The notes beneath the pieces are model-generated. The model had not been told where the DNA came from. It searched no databases and saw only the letters and a program-made list of their open reading frames with translations. Source: a virus (lineage: Duplodnaviria > Caudoviricetes). From it: a stretch of DNA of 27,225 nt. Position numbers and translations under genes: made by a program. The stretch spans positions 1 through 27,225 of the IMG/VR virus record IMGVR_UViG_3300037424_000036. One strand, 5' to 3'. Shown in pieces: positions 1 through 7,027 of the stretch. The stretch's first letter is position 1. The number at the start of each line of letters is the position of its first letter.

Positions 1-593
1 TGGTTCTGCAACTGCTGCCACACACGGGTACCGATCACCATGGTGTTAGGTGCGTGCCCGGTCTGTTCCTCGACATTAATAACCTGTCCGTAAACGTCTT
101 CGATAGGAGTCGAGCCAGGCTGGTCCCACTGCTTGACCTGACCGGCAGTCGGGGTACCGGAAACACCAGTGATGTCCGTGTCCCACACCGAAGTTGTGAA
201 GAACGTAGACAACCAAAGCAAGTCACGCCGCATAAGTAACTGGTTAGTGACGAACTTGGTAGCGTCCGAGTCCAGCTTGAACACCGAGTCGGCATTCGCA
301 CGGGTCTGGTCGTCGACGTCCTTGTGGATAGCCCACACGTCAGCAAAGTAGCTGTCCATGGTGACATTCCAGCCAGAGCCGACCGACTCGGCACCGGGCG
401 CGCGCTTCTGAGCGTCCGAACGGAACCAGTCACCCTTGTTGTAGCGCCAGAACAAGTCAGACTGCTTCTGGACGGGAATGTTTCCGAAGACCTTGTCCGC
501 AATGTACTTGGACTCGTCTTGGAAATAAGCAATCGACAAGTTCGTTAACGGAACGTCAACGTGAAGATCACTAGGGGTTGGATTCGTAGGCAT
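1..593 (-). CDS. Major capsid protein (lambda gpE-like), 3'-truncated by window edge
   Basis: Not in the ORF track; translated by hand. ATG at 593 with SD GAAGGGAG. Reads MPTNPTPSDLHVDVPLTNLSIAYFQDESKYIADKVFGNIPVQKQSD...DAQKRAPGAES...WDQPGSTPIED...TGHAPNTMVIG, open to the edge. LTNLSIAY, RAPG and PNTMVIG are typical of gpE-like capsids, and it follows the scaffold and cement genes. Confidence 0.93.
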   Translation of the reverse strand, partial: MPTNPTPSDLHVDVPLTNLSIAYFQDESKYIADKVFGNIPVQKQSDLFWRYNKGDWFRSDAQKRAPGAESVGSGWNVTMDSYFADVWAIHKDVDDQTRANADSVFKLDSDATKFVTNQLLMRRDLLWLSTFFTTSVWDTDITGVSGTPTAGQVKQWDQPGSTPIEDVYGQVINVEEQTGHAPNTMVIGTRVWQQLQN

Positions 594-618
594 TAGCTAT
601 TCACTCCCTTCAGTGATC

Positions 619-999
619 TTAGACAACCGACTGCGACAGTAACAGGACAGAGCAAATTTCACCGGCTGCGGCCGGACTGTCGAGCAGAACACCGCACGGC
701 ATGTCGGTCGCACCGGCCGCGACAACTCGACCGCTAGCACCGGGAGCAACCTGGATACCGGCGTTAAGTGCTCCGCTGGCAATCATTCGAGTGACACCAG
801 AGACTTGCACAGTGGCAGCGGCCCCCGCACGGCTAGGCTTGTTCTGAAGCACACCGACAATGAAGTCTGCTTCAGAGGTAGCAACTTCCACACGGTAGTC
901 GACCGTACCGACCACGACATTAACTGGCTTGTACTGGTCAGCCGACAAGTCACTGTTAGCTTCTAAAGAAATAACTAAACCAGGAACAGAGATTGCCAT
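619..999 (-). CDS. Capsid cement/decoration protein (DUF2190-like)
   Basis: 126 aa, Ala/Gly/Val-rich, with IVGVLQNKP..G..ATV..SG and G..L..AAAGEI.SVLL motifs. Lies between scaffold and capsid; SD GAAAGGGGTGA. Confidence 0.8.
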   Translation of the reverse strand: MAISVPGLVISLEANSDLSADQYKPVNVVVGTVDYRVEVATSEADFIVGVLQNKPSRAGAAATVQVSGVTRMIASGALNAGIQVAPGASGRVVAAGATDMPCGVLLDSPAAAGEICSVLLLSQSVV

Positions 1000-1000
1000 T

Positions 1001-1861
1001 TTACTTCACCCCTTTCGTGGCGACGTACTCATCGTAATACTCGGGGTGAGCCTCGAACACAGAAACCTGCGCCTTGGCCTTAGCAACTTCTGCACTGACC
1101 CCTTCGGCCTTAAACTTTTCAATTTCTGCTTCAACCGCTTTTTCAATCTTGTTCTTGGTGTCGGAACCTTCCCCGCCACCGACACCAGCCGACTTGAAGA
1201 CGTTGGACTGCTTAGCCATCGTCTGTGCGGCTTCCATCTGGGCAGCCAAGTTCTTAGCTGCCTCTTCACCAAGGGACTTCTCGACAGCTCGAAGCTGAGC
1301 GCCGATGTCCTCTGGCTTACCGGGGAGATGAGTCCATGCCTTGGCCGTTTCGACCCAGCGACTAATCTCCTTCTCTTCCTGGCCCTTCTCAATTTCTGCG
1401 AGCAGAGCCTTCTGAGTACCGAGAAGGTCCTTGACGATTTCCTGAGTACCAGGGTCAGTAATACTCTTGAGGATAGCGTCAGCATTAATTTCAGCAGACT
1501 TACCGAAGCCGCCGGTACCACCTGCACCGGTGTACGTCTTGCTGCCTGAAGACGATCTGTTACCAGAAGACTTCTTATTACCCGAGACAAGCTTCATACG
1601 CTTAATCTTAGGGCGATTGACCTTCTTACCGACGTCGTCCTCTTCGTCATCTTCTGGCTTCTTGCCAAACGGGACGAAAGGCTTCTTCTTTTTGTCGTCC
1701 GAAGCCTTACCGACGTCATCGTCCTCTTCTTCGTCGTCGAATTCGACATCGACCTCATACTCATCGTCGATTTCTTCATCCTTGGCCACGTCTTCTAAGT
1801 TTTCTAAATACTTTCTGACCGTGTCTGGGAGACCGGCCCTCTCCTCGTCCGTGATTGGCAT
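1001..1861 (-). CDS. Nested short scaffold isoform from internal in-frame ATG (286 aa, MPITDEERAG...)
   Basis: AGGAG (1869-1873) sits 7 nt upstream of an in-frame ATG at 1861, while the 2362 start has only a weak SD. Resembles lambda C/Nu3 and Mu I/Z nesting. Confidence 0.6.
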   Translation of the reverse strand: MPITDEERAGLPDTVRKYLENLEDVAKDEEIDDEYEVDVEFDDEEEDDDVGKASDDKKKKPFVPFGKKPEDDEEDDVGKKVNRPKIKRMKLVSGNKKSSGNRSSSGSKTYTGAGGTGGFGKSAEINADAILKSITDPGTQEIVKDLLGTQKALLAEIEKGQEEKEISRWVETAKAWTHLPGKPEDIGAQLRAVEKSLGEEAAKNLAAQMEAAQTMAKQSNVFKSAGVGGGEGSDTKNKIEKAVEAEIEKFKAEGVSAEVAKAKAQVSVFEAHPEYYDEYVATKGVK

Positions 1862-2362
1862 AACATCACTCCTATGTCCGGCCTTTGCCAGAACAGTATT
1901 AATAACTTCCTGGCCATCTTTTAATGTTTCAATTATTTCAGGATCATAATTCATGGACTTAGAAACTTCCGGATCTAACCAGTTGTCTACATCGTGCGAA
2001 ACTAAGTCCGCATGATCCTGTAAAAGTTTTGCTATATCTGTCCTAGTACCACCATTAGAAATTACGGTGAGTATATCAGATCCTAAATCTAAGACAGAAC
2101 TATATACATCAGCTTGTGTCTTGTAAACACCAGCCTCTGTAGAGCCACCCTTACTAGCAACTTCCTTGAGGGCCTCTGTCTTAGTAAGCTTCTTTTTCTT
2201 CCCGGCCATTTTCATAGGACCGTCAGCATGCATGTCACCGGAGTCAGGACACATTTTGCTGGTGTCCGCTTTTGCTAAAACTATGTCGGCGTCTGGATTC
2301 GCACCGGCATGCACGAAAGATATCTCGTCATACTCCACGGGGGTCAACTCGTACTTAGGCAT
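1001..2362 (-). CDS. Capsid scaffolding protein, long form, with an N-terminal prohead-protease-like EIS..ANP segment
   Basis: 453 aa. Acidic and basic low-complexity middle, coiled-coil-like C-terminus ending HPEYYDEY, directly upstream of cement and capsid genes. N-terminus YDEISFVHAGANPDADIVLAK. Confidence 0.8.
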   Translation of the reverse strand: MPKYELTPVEYDEISFVHAGANPDADIVLAKADTSKMCPDSGDMHADGPMKMAGKKKKLTKTEALKEVASKGGSTEAGVYKTQADVYSSVLDLGSDILTVISNGGTRTDIAKLLQDHADLVSHDVDNWLDPEVSKSMNYDPEIIETLKDGQEVINTVLAKAGHRSDVMPITDEERAGLPDTVRKYLENLEDVAKDEEIDDEYEVDVEFDDEEEDDDVGKASDDKKKKPFVPFGKKPEDDEEDDVGKKVNRPKIKRMKLVSGNKKSSGNRSSSGSKTYTGAGGTGGFGKSAEINADAILKSITDPGTQEIVKDLLGTQKALLAEIEKGQEEKEISRWVETAKAWTHLPGKPEDIGAQLRAVEKSLGEEAAKNLAAQMEAAQTMAKQSNVFKSAGVGGGEGSDTKNKIEKAVEAEIEKFKAEGVSAEVAKAKAQVSVFEAHPEYYDEYVATKGVK

Positions 2363-2368
2363 AAAGCA

Positions 2369-2839
2369 TCACACCGCATCAGGAATAATAGCGGTAAGAA
2401 CTGCGCCAAGCTTAGTAGTTGCGTGAAGTAGCCATGCAGTAGATGTCACACAAGTAAATTCCACCATGGTGTCTGCCGGGATAGCGCCTTCATTTGTAGC
2501 ACTAACAATAACATCGTTAACTTTGACGCTTGTACCAACAGCACGGACTTCACAGCCGTTAGTGCCAACCCATCCACGTATTCTCTTTCCTACAACAGGA
2601 GTAGGAAGAGTAATAATATTGTTTGCACTAGACGATGTAACAGTAATATGCACAGCGGTTGCCGGGATAAGGCCGGTCGTAAGCCCGTCAGACGTAGCAG
2701 TAACGGCAGTTGCCGGAACTACCTCAAGATTCGTAAGCTGAGTCTCATGGGTGTCGAGCTGAGAATGCAACTCACCCACCGTCTTGTAGCCGAGGGCACT
2801 CTGGTCCAGCGTTGCCCGTAATCCACTTCTAAGTGTCAT
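2369..2839 (-). CDS. Putative minor virion structural protein (head fibre/decoration-like)
   Basis: 156 aa with SD GGAGG. Short helical N-terminus followed by a Thr/Val-rich beta-type domain (IITLPTP...W); lies in the head module. Confidence 0.5.
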   Translation of the reverse strand: MTLRSGLRATLDQSALGYKTVGELHSQLDTHETQLTNLEVVPATAVTATSDGLTTGLIPATAVHITVTSSSANNIITLPTPVVGKRIRGWVGTNGCEVRAVGTSVKVNDVIVSATNEGAIPADTMVEFTCVTSTAWLLHATTKLGAVLTAIIPDAV

Positions 2840-2842
2840 CGT

Positions 2843-3628
2843 TCAGTCCTCCAAGATCGTTCTGCGACCCCTACCATGAACAGAAAATTGGGTGTACTTA
2901 CCGTCCTTAACGCCTTTCCAGACGTCCTCGTCGTTTACCCGGTACCCAACCCACCATCCCACTGGTAGAGAGTCTTCCGGTAATCCCATCTTCTCTAATT
3001 TTTCTGGGGTAACCATGAAAGACTCGACGAGCTGAGCGACCCCCTTGCGTACGTGCATTTCGCCACCATCGCGACAATCTGTAACAAATTTGTATGCGAC
3101 GTCTTCCATAGCATCAAGATCGCGGATCTCGTCGCCTTGGAGGTCACTGATGATCGTCCCGTCCCTGCGCTTGGCTACCGATGCCCACCCGAAAGCAAGG
3201 TGCTTGTCCTTGTCGATCTTGGTAATGGGCACGTCTAGTTGAAATTCGGTTAGGTTTAGGTCGAACTCAGGATCGCGCACACTACCTAATATAACAGGAC
3301 TTCCGCCAAGTGTCTTCGCTAACTTAGCTGCCGTCTTGGCCTTAGACTTGGCTCGCAGAGCTTCCCACTCGGCAGTCGCCTTGCCTGCCCGTGCCTTAGT
3401 ACCGGACGTCTTACCGGTAGCTATACGTTTCTTGTTCTGCGATACAGCAGTAGCAATAGCGTGGCTAATACTCATTCCCCGTTTTTCATGTAATGCTCTA
3501 GCTACATGGCATGTGTAATTTGGTAAACCGCCTGCATTCTCTACCCAGTTCTTTTTAGGAGAACGGTTAAGACTACAAGGTCCAGGGGTGAACTTCAATA
3601 TAAATTCTGTGTCAGACACTTTACTCAC
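2843..3628 (-). CDS. Prohead maturation serine protease, XkdF-like, with an extra N-terminal helical domain
   Basis: ITKIDKDKHLAFGWASV, DLQGD, AYKFV..CRDGGEMH, LVESF, GWWVGY.V.D..VW..VKDG.Y..FSVHG match XkdF-type proteases. Start placed at GTG 3628 (SD AAGGA); GTG 3619 is also possible. The track start at 3715 overlaps the ART gene. Confidence 0.85.
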   Translation of the reverse strand: MSKVSDTEFILKFTPGPCSLNRSPKKNWVENAGGLPNYTCHVARALHEKRGMSISHAIATAVSQNKKRIATGKTSGTKARAGKATAEWEALRAKSKAKTAAKLAKTLGGSPVILGSVRDPEFDLNLTEFQLDVPITKIDKDKHLAFGWASVAKRRDGTIISDLQGDEIRDLDAMEDVAYKFVTDCRDGGEMHVRKGVAQLVESFMVTPEKLEKMGLPEDSLPVGWWVGYRVNDEDVWKGVKDGKYTQFSVHGRGRRTILED

Positions 3629-3695
3629 CCGCTTCCTTCTAATCATTCTAGTAGAGAAATACCTATCATATTTCTTAGCATTCTCAGCATCATAC

Positions 3696-4502
3696 CTAGC
3701 TGACATCATAAACACCTACTTGTTCAACTTCAACAATCAATACTCCTTCAACCATATCACTAGATAATACTTTTAATTTACCTGCTACTAAAAATTCCTC
3801 TTCATCATCTAACATCTCTCTAGCGTCCGGAGAGGGTACATTCTTACCCTCTTCTACTAGATCTAAAGCCTTGGACCCAGGCTGAAGACTAATCAATAAC
3901 TTAGTTTGATTCGATTTTGCGTCATTGAAAAAATATTCAGCTACCTCATCAGACGAACTAAATGAGCTAAGGCCAGTATCTACTACTTTACCCTTAGCAA
4001 AATCTACCTTAACCCTATTACTATCTACAATCATACCACGGTATAACTCTTTCTTAACCGGCTTAGCAGAACTTATCTTATTTAAGAAAGCATGAGCGGC
4101 CTTTGACTCAGGGGTATCTGAAAAATTACCCTCTAATATATCATTGCCTGCCGATCTTATTTTGCTAGCTACATTAGGTGACGAGGTCCAGGTTGTAATA
4201 GATGATGTTAAATCAGCAGACGGTTTATTTCTAGGTTTATTATTAGAGGGGTTAGCACTGCTGCCAGAACCTTTACCTGGTTCTATTTTTTCACCTTTAG
4301 TGTGTAAGGGATTTACACTAGATTTTATTTTATTTGTGTTTTTATTCTTATACTTCCATTTACCTGATTTTTTACCTTGAAACTCAAATAATTCTCCACC
4401 TATATTTAATGTATCTCCAATATCAACCCATCGACCGCGCCAATCACGAGGTTGTTTTGGATCAAATTTACTTATATCTAAAATAAATTCGGCCCCAGAC
4501 AT
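3696..4502 (-). CDS. ADP-ribosyltransferase (R-S-E, VIP2/Alt-like) with an N-terminal KFDPxQPRDxxGRW motif
   Basis: LYRGM (Arg), GLSSFSS (STS motif) and DEEEFLV (ExE) appear in the correct order and spacing. Perfect SD GGAGGTGA. Visibly more AT-rich than the flanking head genes. Confidence 0.85.
   Translation of the reverse strand: MSGAEFILDISKFDPKQPRDWRGRWVDIGDTLNIGGELFEFQGKKSGKWKYKNKNTNKIKSSVNPLHTKGEKIEPGKGSGSSANPSNNKPRNKPSADLTSSITTWTSSPNVASKIRSAGNDILEGNFSDTPESKAAHAFLNKISSAKPVKKELYRGMIVDSNRVKVDFAKGKVVDTGLSSFSSSDEVAEYFFNDAKSNQTKLLISLQPGSKALDLVEEGKNVPSPDAREMLDDEEEFLVAGKLKVLSSDMVEGVLIVEVEQVGVYDVS
3705..3733 (-). promoter_or_regulatory. Candidate sigma70-type promoter upstream of the protease-scaffold-capsid genes
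   Basis: TTGAAG (3733-3728), 17-nt spacer, TATGAT (3710-3705). Further TATGAT copies at 3689-3694 and 3665-3670. The AT-rich context makes a chance match possible. Confidence 0.25.
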
Positions 4503-5180
4503 CTAGTCACCTCCCTCAAGACGCACACCACATCTACAATTAGGATGCAGTGGAGGAGAGTATATACCATATCCTTCTGGTGTTACAAACATACCTTCAG
4601 GAGTTGCTGGCTGATTAGCCATTAAGACGCAACGTTCACAGTGTCTACTTATCTTAGAGAGTGTCCACACTATTCTTGCCCAACCAGGTAAGTAACCTTG
4701 CTGTCTTGCAGCTTTCCAAACAGCACGCTTACCTACAGCTTCCCATTTGACAGACTCGGTGTCAGCTATAGTGCCAGCACGTCTACGCCTATACATAGCT
4801 GCTTGTCTGTCGGCAGCGTACGGCGAGCGTGTGAACGTGTTTATGACTGATCTAGCCTGGACACGGTCGAGACCAGCAACCATAGGTAGTAGTCGCCGAT
4901 CTTTCACTCCACTACGCCGTACTTCTCGCTTGACTAATTCTTGCTGTGAATACAGCCAACGGGTGATGTCTTCCGAAAGCTTATATATTTCTAGTTGTAT
5001 ACTCTTGTTAAAATTATTGTCGAATTCTATTTTCCCGTGATGGTCTGTCAGGACAGTACGCATCACTGACTGATTTACATACAATTGGACATTCTGAAGA
5101 GTAGGAATCTGCGCAGCCTTAAGATTCCGAAGGTAAAAACTATATACCTTCGGCCTTATGAACTGCGCAGTAGTCCTCAT
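4503..5180 (-). CDS. Minor head protein, MuF/SPP1 gp7-like
   Basis: RAGTIADTE, W......HCERC and PPLHPNCRC motifs; immediately downstream of the portal. Confidence 0.88.
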   Translation of the reverse strand: MRTTAQFIRPKVYSFYLRNLKAAQIPTLQNVQLYVNQSVMRTVLTDHHGKIEFDNNFNKSIQLEIYKLSEDITRWLYSQQELVKREVRRSGVKDRRLLPMVAGLDRVQARSVINTFTRSPYAADRQAAMYRRRRAGTIADTESVKWEAVGKRAVWKAARQQGYLPGWARIVWTLSKISRHCERCVLMANQPATPEGMFVTPEGYGIYSPPLHPNCRCGVRLEGGD

Positions 5181-7016
5181 TTATCGTTTCCGCTCGTTCG
5201 GATTGGGACGACGGCTAGCACCGGCCGACGGCTTAGCTACTACCTGACGTTTGCGCCCTACTCCTATGCCTCTACTCTGGGTGCCACTCTTGGCAGGTCC
5301 GTGCGGGCCACCAGCTTGCCCCTTCTGGCTTCCTTTTGGCCGCACCGTCCCCTGTGTCTTACTACCTGCCGCTGAGCCACCTGGTTGCGTCTCACGCCCC
5401 GCCATCATTTCGTTAGCCATAGCGGTGTCGACCTCTGTCTTCCCGTCTGGCTTAATACGGACCACACCGGTAGGACCAGCGAACACAACATCGTCTTTGT
5501 CAGGACTCTGACCTTCTGCAACGTCCCCGAATCTGGCCTTGTCTTCGGTCAGGTCGTTCGGCACAGGAAGTTCTGCACGCTTCAATAAGAAGTTCCTGAG
5601 ATCGTGGTCGGACAAAATATCCGCCCAGCCTGCTGCCATCATGTTAGAAATAAATGCACCAATAGTATCCAAATCTGGCACATTAATGGGCTCATAAGCT
5701 ATTTTGGGCAACTGATCTAATGGCCAGTGATTTAGCTCAAACAGTCTAGGGATAGCGTGACGATTAAATGTGTCGGCGATACTGTCCAGCCACGAAGTCA
5801 AAGCCTGCTTGAACATGTCTGTCTTGTCAGTTGACATAGCGTAAGAACCTGACGTAGCAGAACTGCTAGACCCTTTGACTCCACCGAGGAACACGAAGTC
5901 TGCCAGAACTGTCATAGCTATACGCTCGTCGTACCGCTGGACAATTGTACTGGTATCAAAAGTTCTGGCCCCGGCGGTAGACACCAAGCTGAATTCATAG
6001 AGCTTGTTACCCGCGTCGTCGTACGCCATTGGAAAAACAATGCCAGCGCGTTCGTCGTTCCTGACTTGCTTGACGAACGTATGCATAGCAGCAAGCACAG
6101 AAATATCTTCTGGCCGCGTACTGTTAAATATGTCGGCAGGAAGAGTGACCATGGGCAAGCCGGCTAAGTCACGCTCGGCACCGATAGCCTCGATTTCTTC
6201 CATCCTCTTTTTGAAGTACCAGGCACGATAAGCACCCCGTAAGATACTATGGCCTTCGGGATTGTTCTTCCTGAAAGTAGTGCGAAATAGAAGAGATTTT
6301 TCTATAGGTATGTAGCGCAGCTTCCAGTCTGGGTAGCCACGCTGGTAAAAACCTTTTACCCCGCCGTCTTCGTCGAACACCCACTCGACAACAGTGTCCT
6401 GTGCTCTAAGTGGTATCTTGCGCCACCCCACCTGACCGTCGTCGTATCGAGACCTAAGAGACGGATCTGTCTGACCAGGACCACGTCGCATCTTATAAAC
6501 GAGTTCGTGCGGTGCAAATCCGTACGGAAGCATAGTCAGGCATTCGGAGATGAAGTCCGACCACGTATGACTCATGTCATCCATGCACTGCCTAACAAAC
6601 TGCGCCTTTTTAGCGTCCTCTGTACTGTCCGAGGCAGCATCTACACGCCAGTCGACCATACGGCAGTGCATCTCGATAGCAAATAATACAGCGCTAATCG
6701 TGGGATCGTTCTCAGCCATCTCTCGATAGACTCGATTAGCCTTTTCATTACGAAGCTGCGGTAAGAACTCTTCATAGATGAGTCCCCCCATCCGCTTTAG
6801 ACCTGAGAGACCGTACTCAGAAAAATGGTCTATGTTGATATCGGGTACAGCGGTACCACCTTGAATAGCGGTAAGTGAAGCGTCTCTTGTCTTGTCACCA
6901 TTAGGCAGCGAAGCGTCCAGATATAGTCCCGACGACTTGATTCCGTTAGAACTTGGATTAGCTGCAAGAGCAGTCATACCTGAAGGAGGAGACGTGATCC
7001 TCTTCCTAGGTGCCAT
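5181..7016 (-). CDS. Portal protein (DUF935/Mu gp29-like)
   Basis: YREMAENDPTI, MLPYGFAPHELVY, NPEGHSILRGAY..W, G.ERDLAGLP, GSYAMS and IPRLFELN motifs. Start moved to ATG 7016 (SD AAAGGAGGA) from the track start at 7091. Confidence 0.93.
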   Translation of the reverse strand: MAPRKRITSPPSGMTALAANPSSNGIKSSGLYLDASLPNGDKTRDASLTAIQGGTAVPDINIDHFSEYGLSGLKRMGGLIYEEFLPQLRNEKANRVYREMAENDPTISAVLFAIEMHCRMVDWRVDAASDSTEDAKKAQFVRQCMDDMSHTWSDFISECLTMLPYGFAPHELVYKMRRGPGQTDPSLRSRYDDGQVGWRKIPLRAQDTVVEWVFDEDGGVKGFYQRGYPDWKLRYIPIEKSLLFRTTFRKNNPEGHSILRGAYRAWYFKKRMEEIEAIGAERDLAGLPMVTLPADIFNSTRPEDISVLAAMHTFVKQVRNDERAGIVFPMAYDDAGNKLYEFSLVSTAGARTFDTSTIVQRYDERIAMTVLADFVFLGGVKGSSSSATSGSYAMSTDKTDMFKQALTSWLDSIADTFNRHAIPRLFELNHWPLDQLPKIAYEPINVPDLDTIGAFISNMMAAGWADILSDHDLRNFLLKRAELPVPNDLTEDKARFGDVAEGQSPDKDDVVFAGPTGVVRIKPDGKTEVDTAMANEMMAGRETQPGGSAAGSKTQGTVRPKGSQKGQAGGPHGPAKSGTQSRGIGVGRKRQVVAKPSAGASRRPNPNERKR

Positions 7017-7027
7017 CGTTCCTCCTT

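Noticed and set aside
35-532. 165-aa minus-strand ORF in the track
   Set aside because: It is an alternative frame of the major capsid gene; the capsid frame (start 593) has the SD and the family motifs.
1006-1590. 194-aa Arg/Leu-rich minus-strand ORF overlapping the scaffold
   Set aside because: Composition is typical of an off-frame reading of a Glu/Lys/Ala-rich gene; no independent support.
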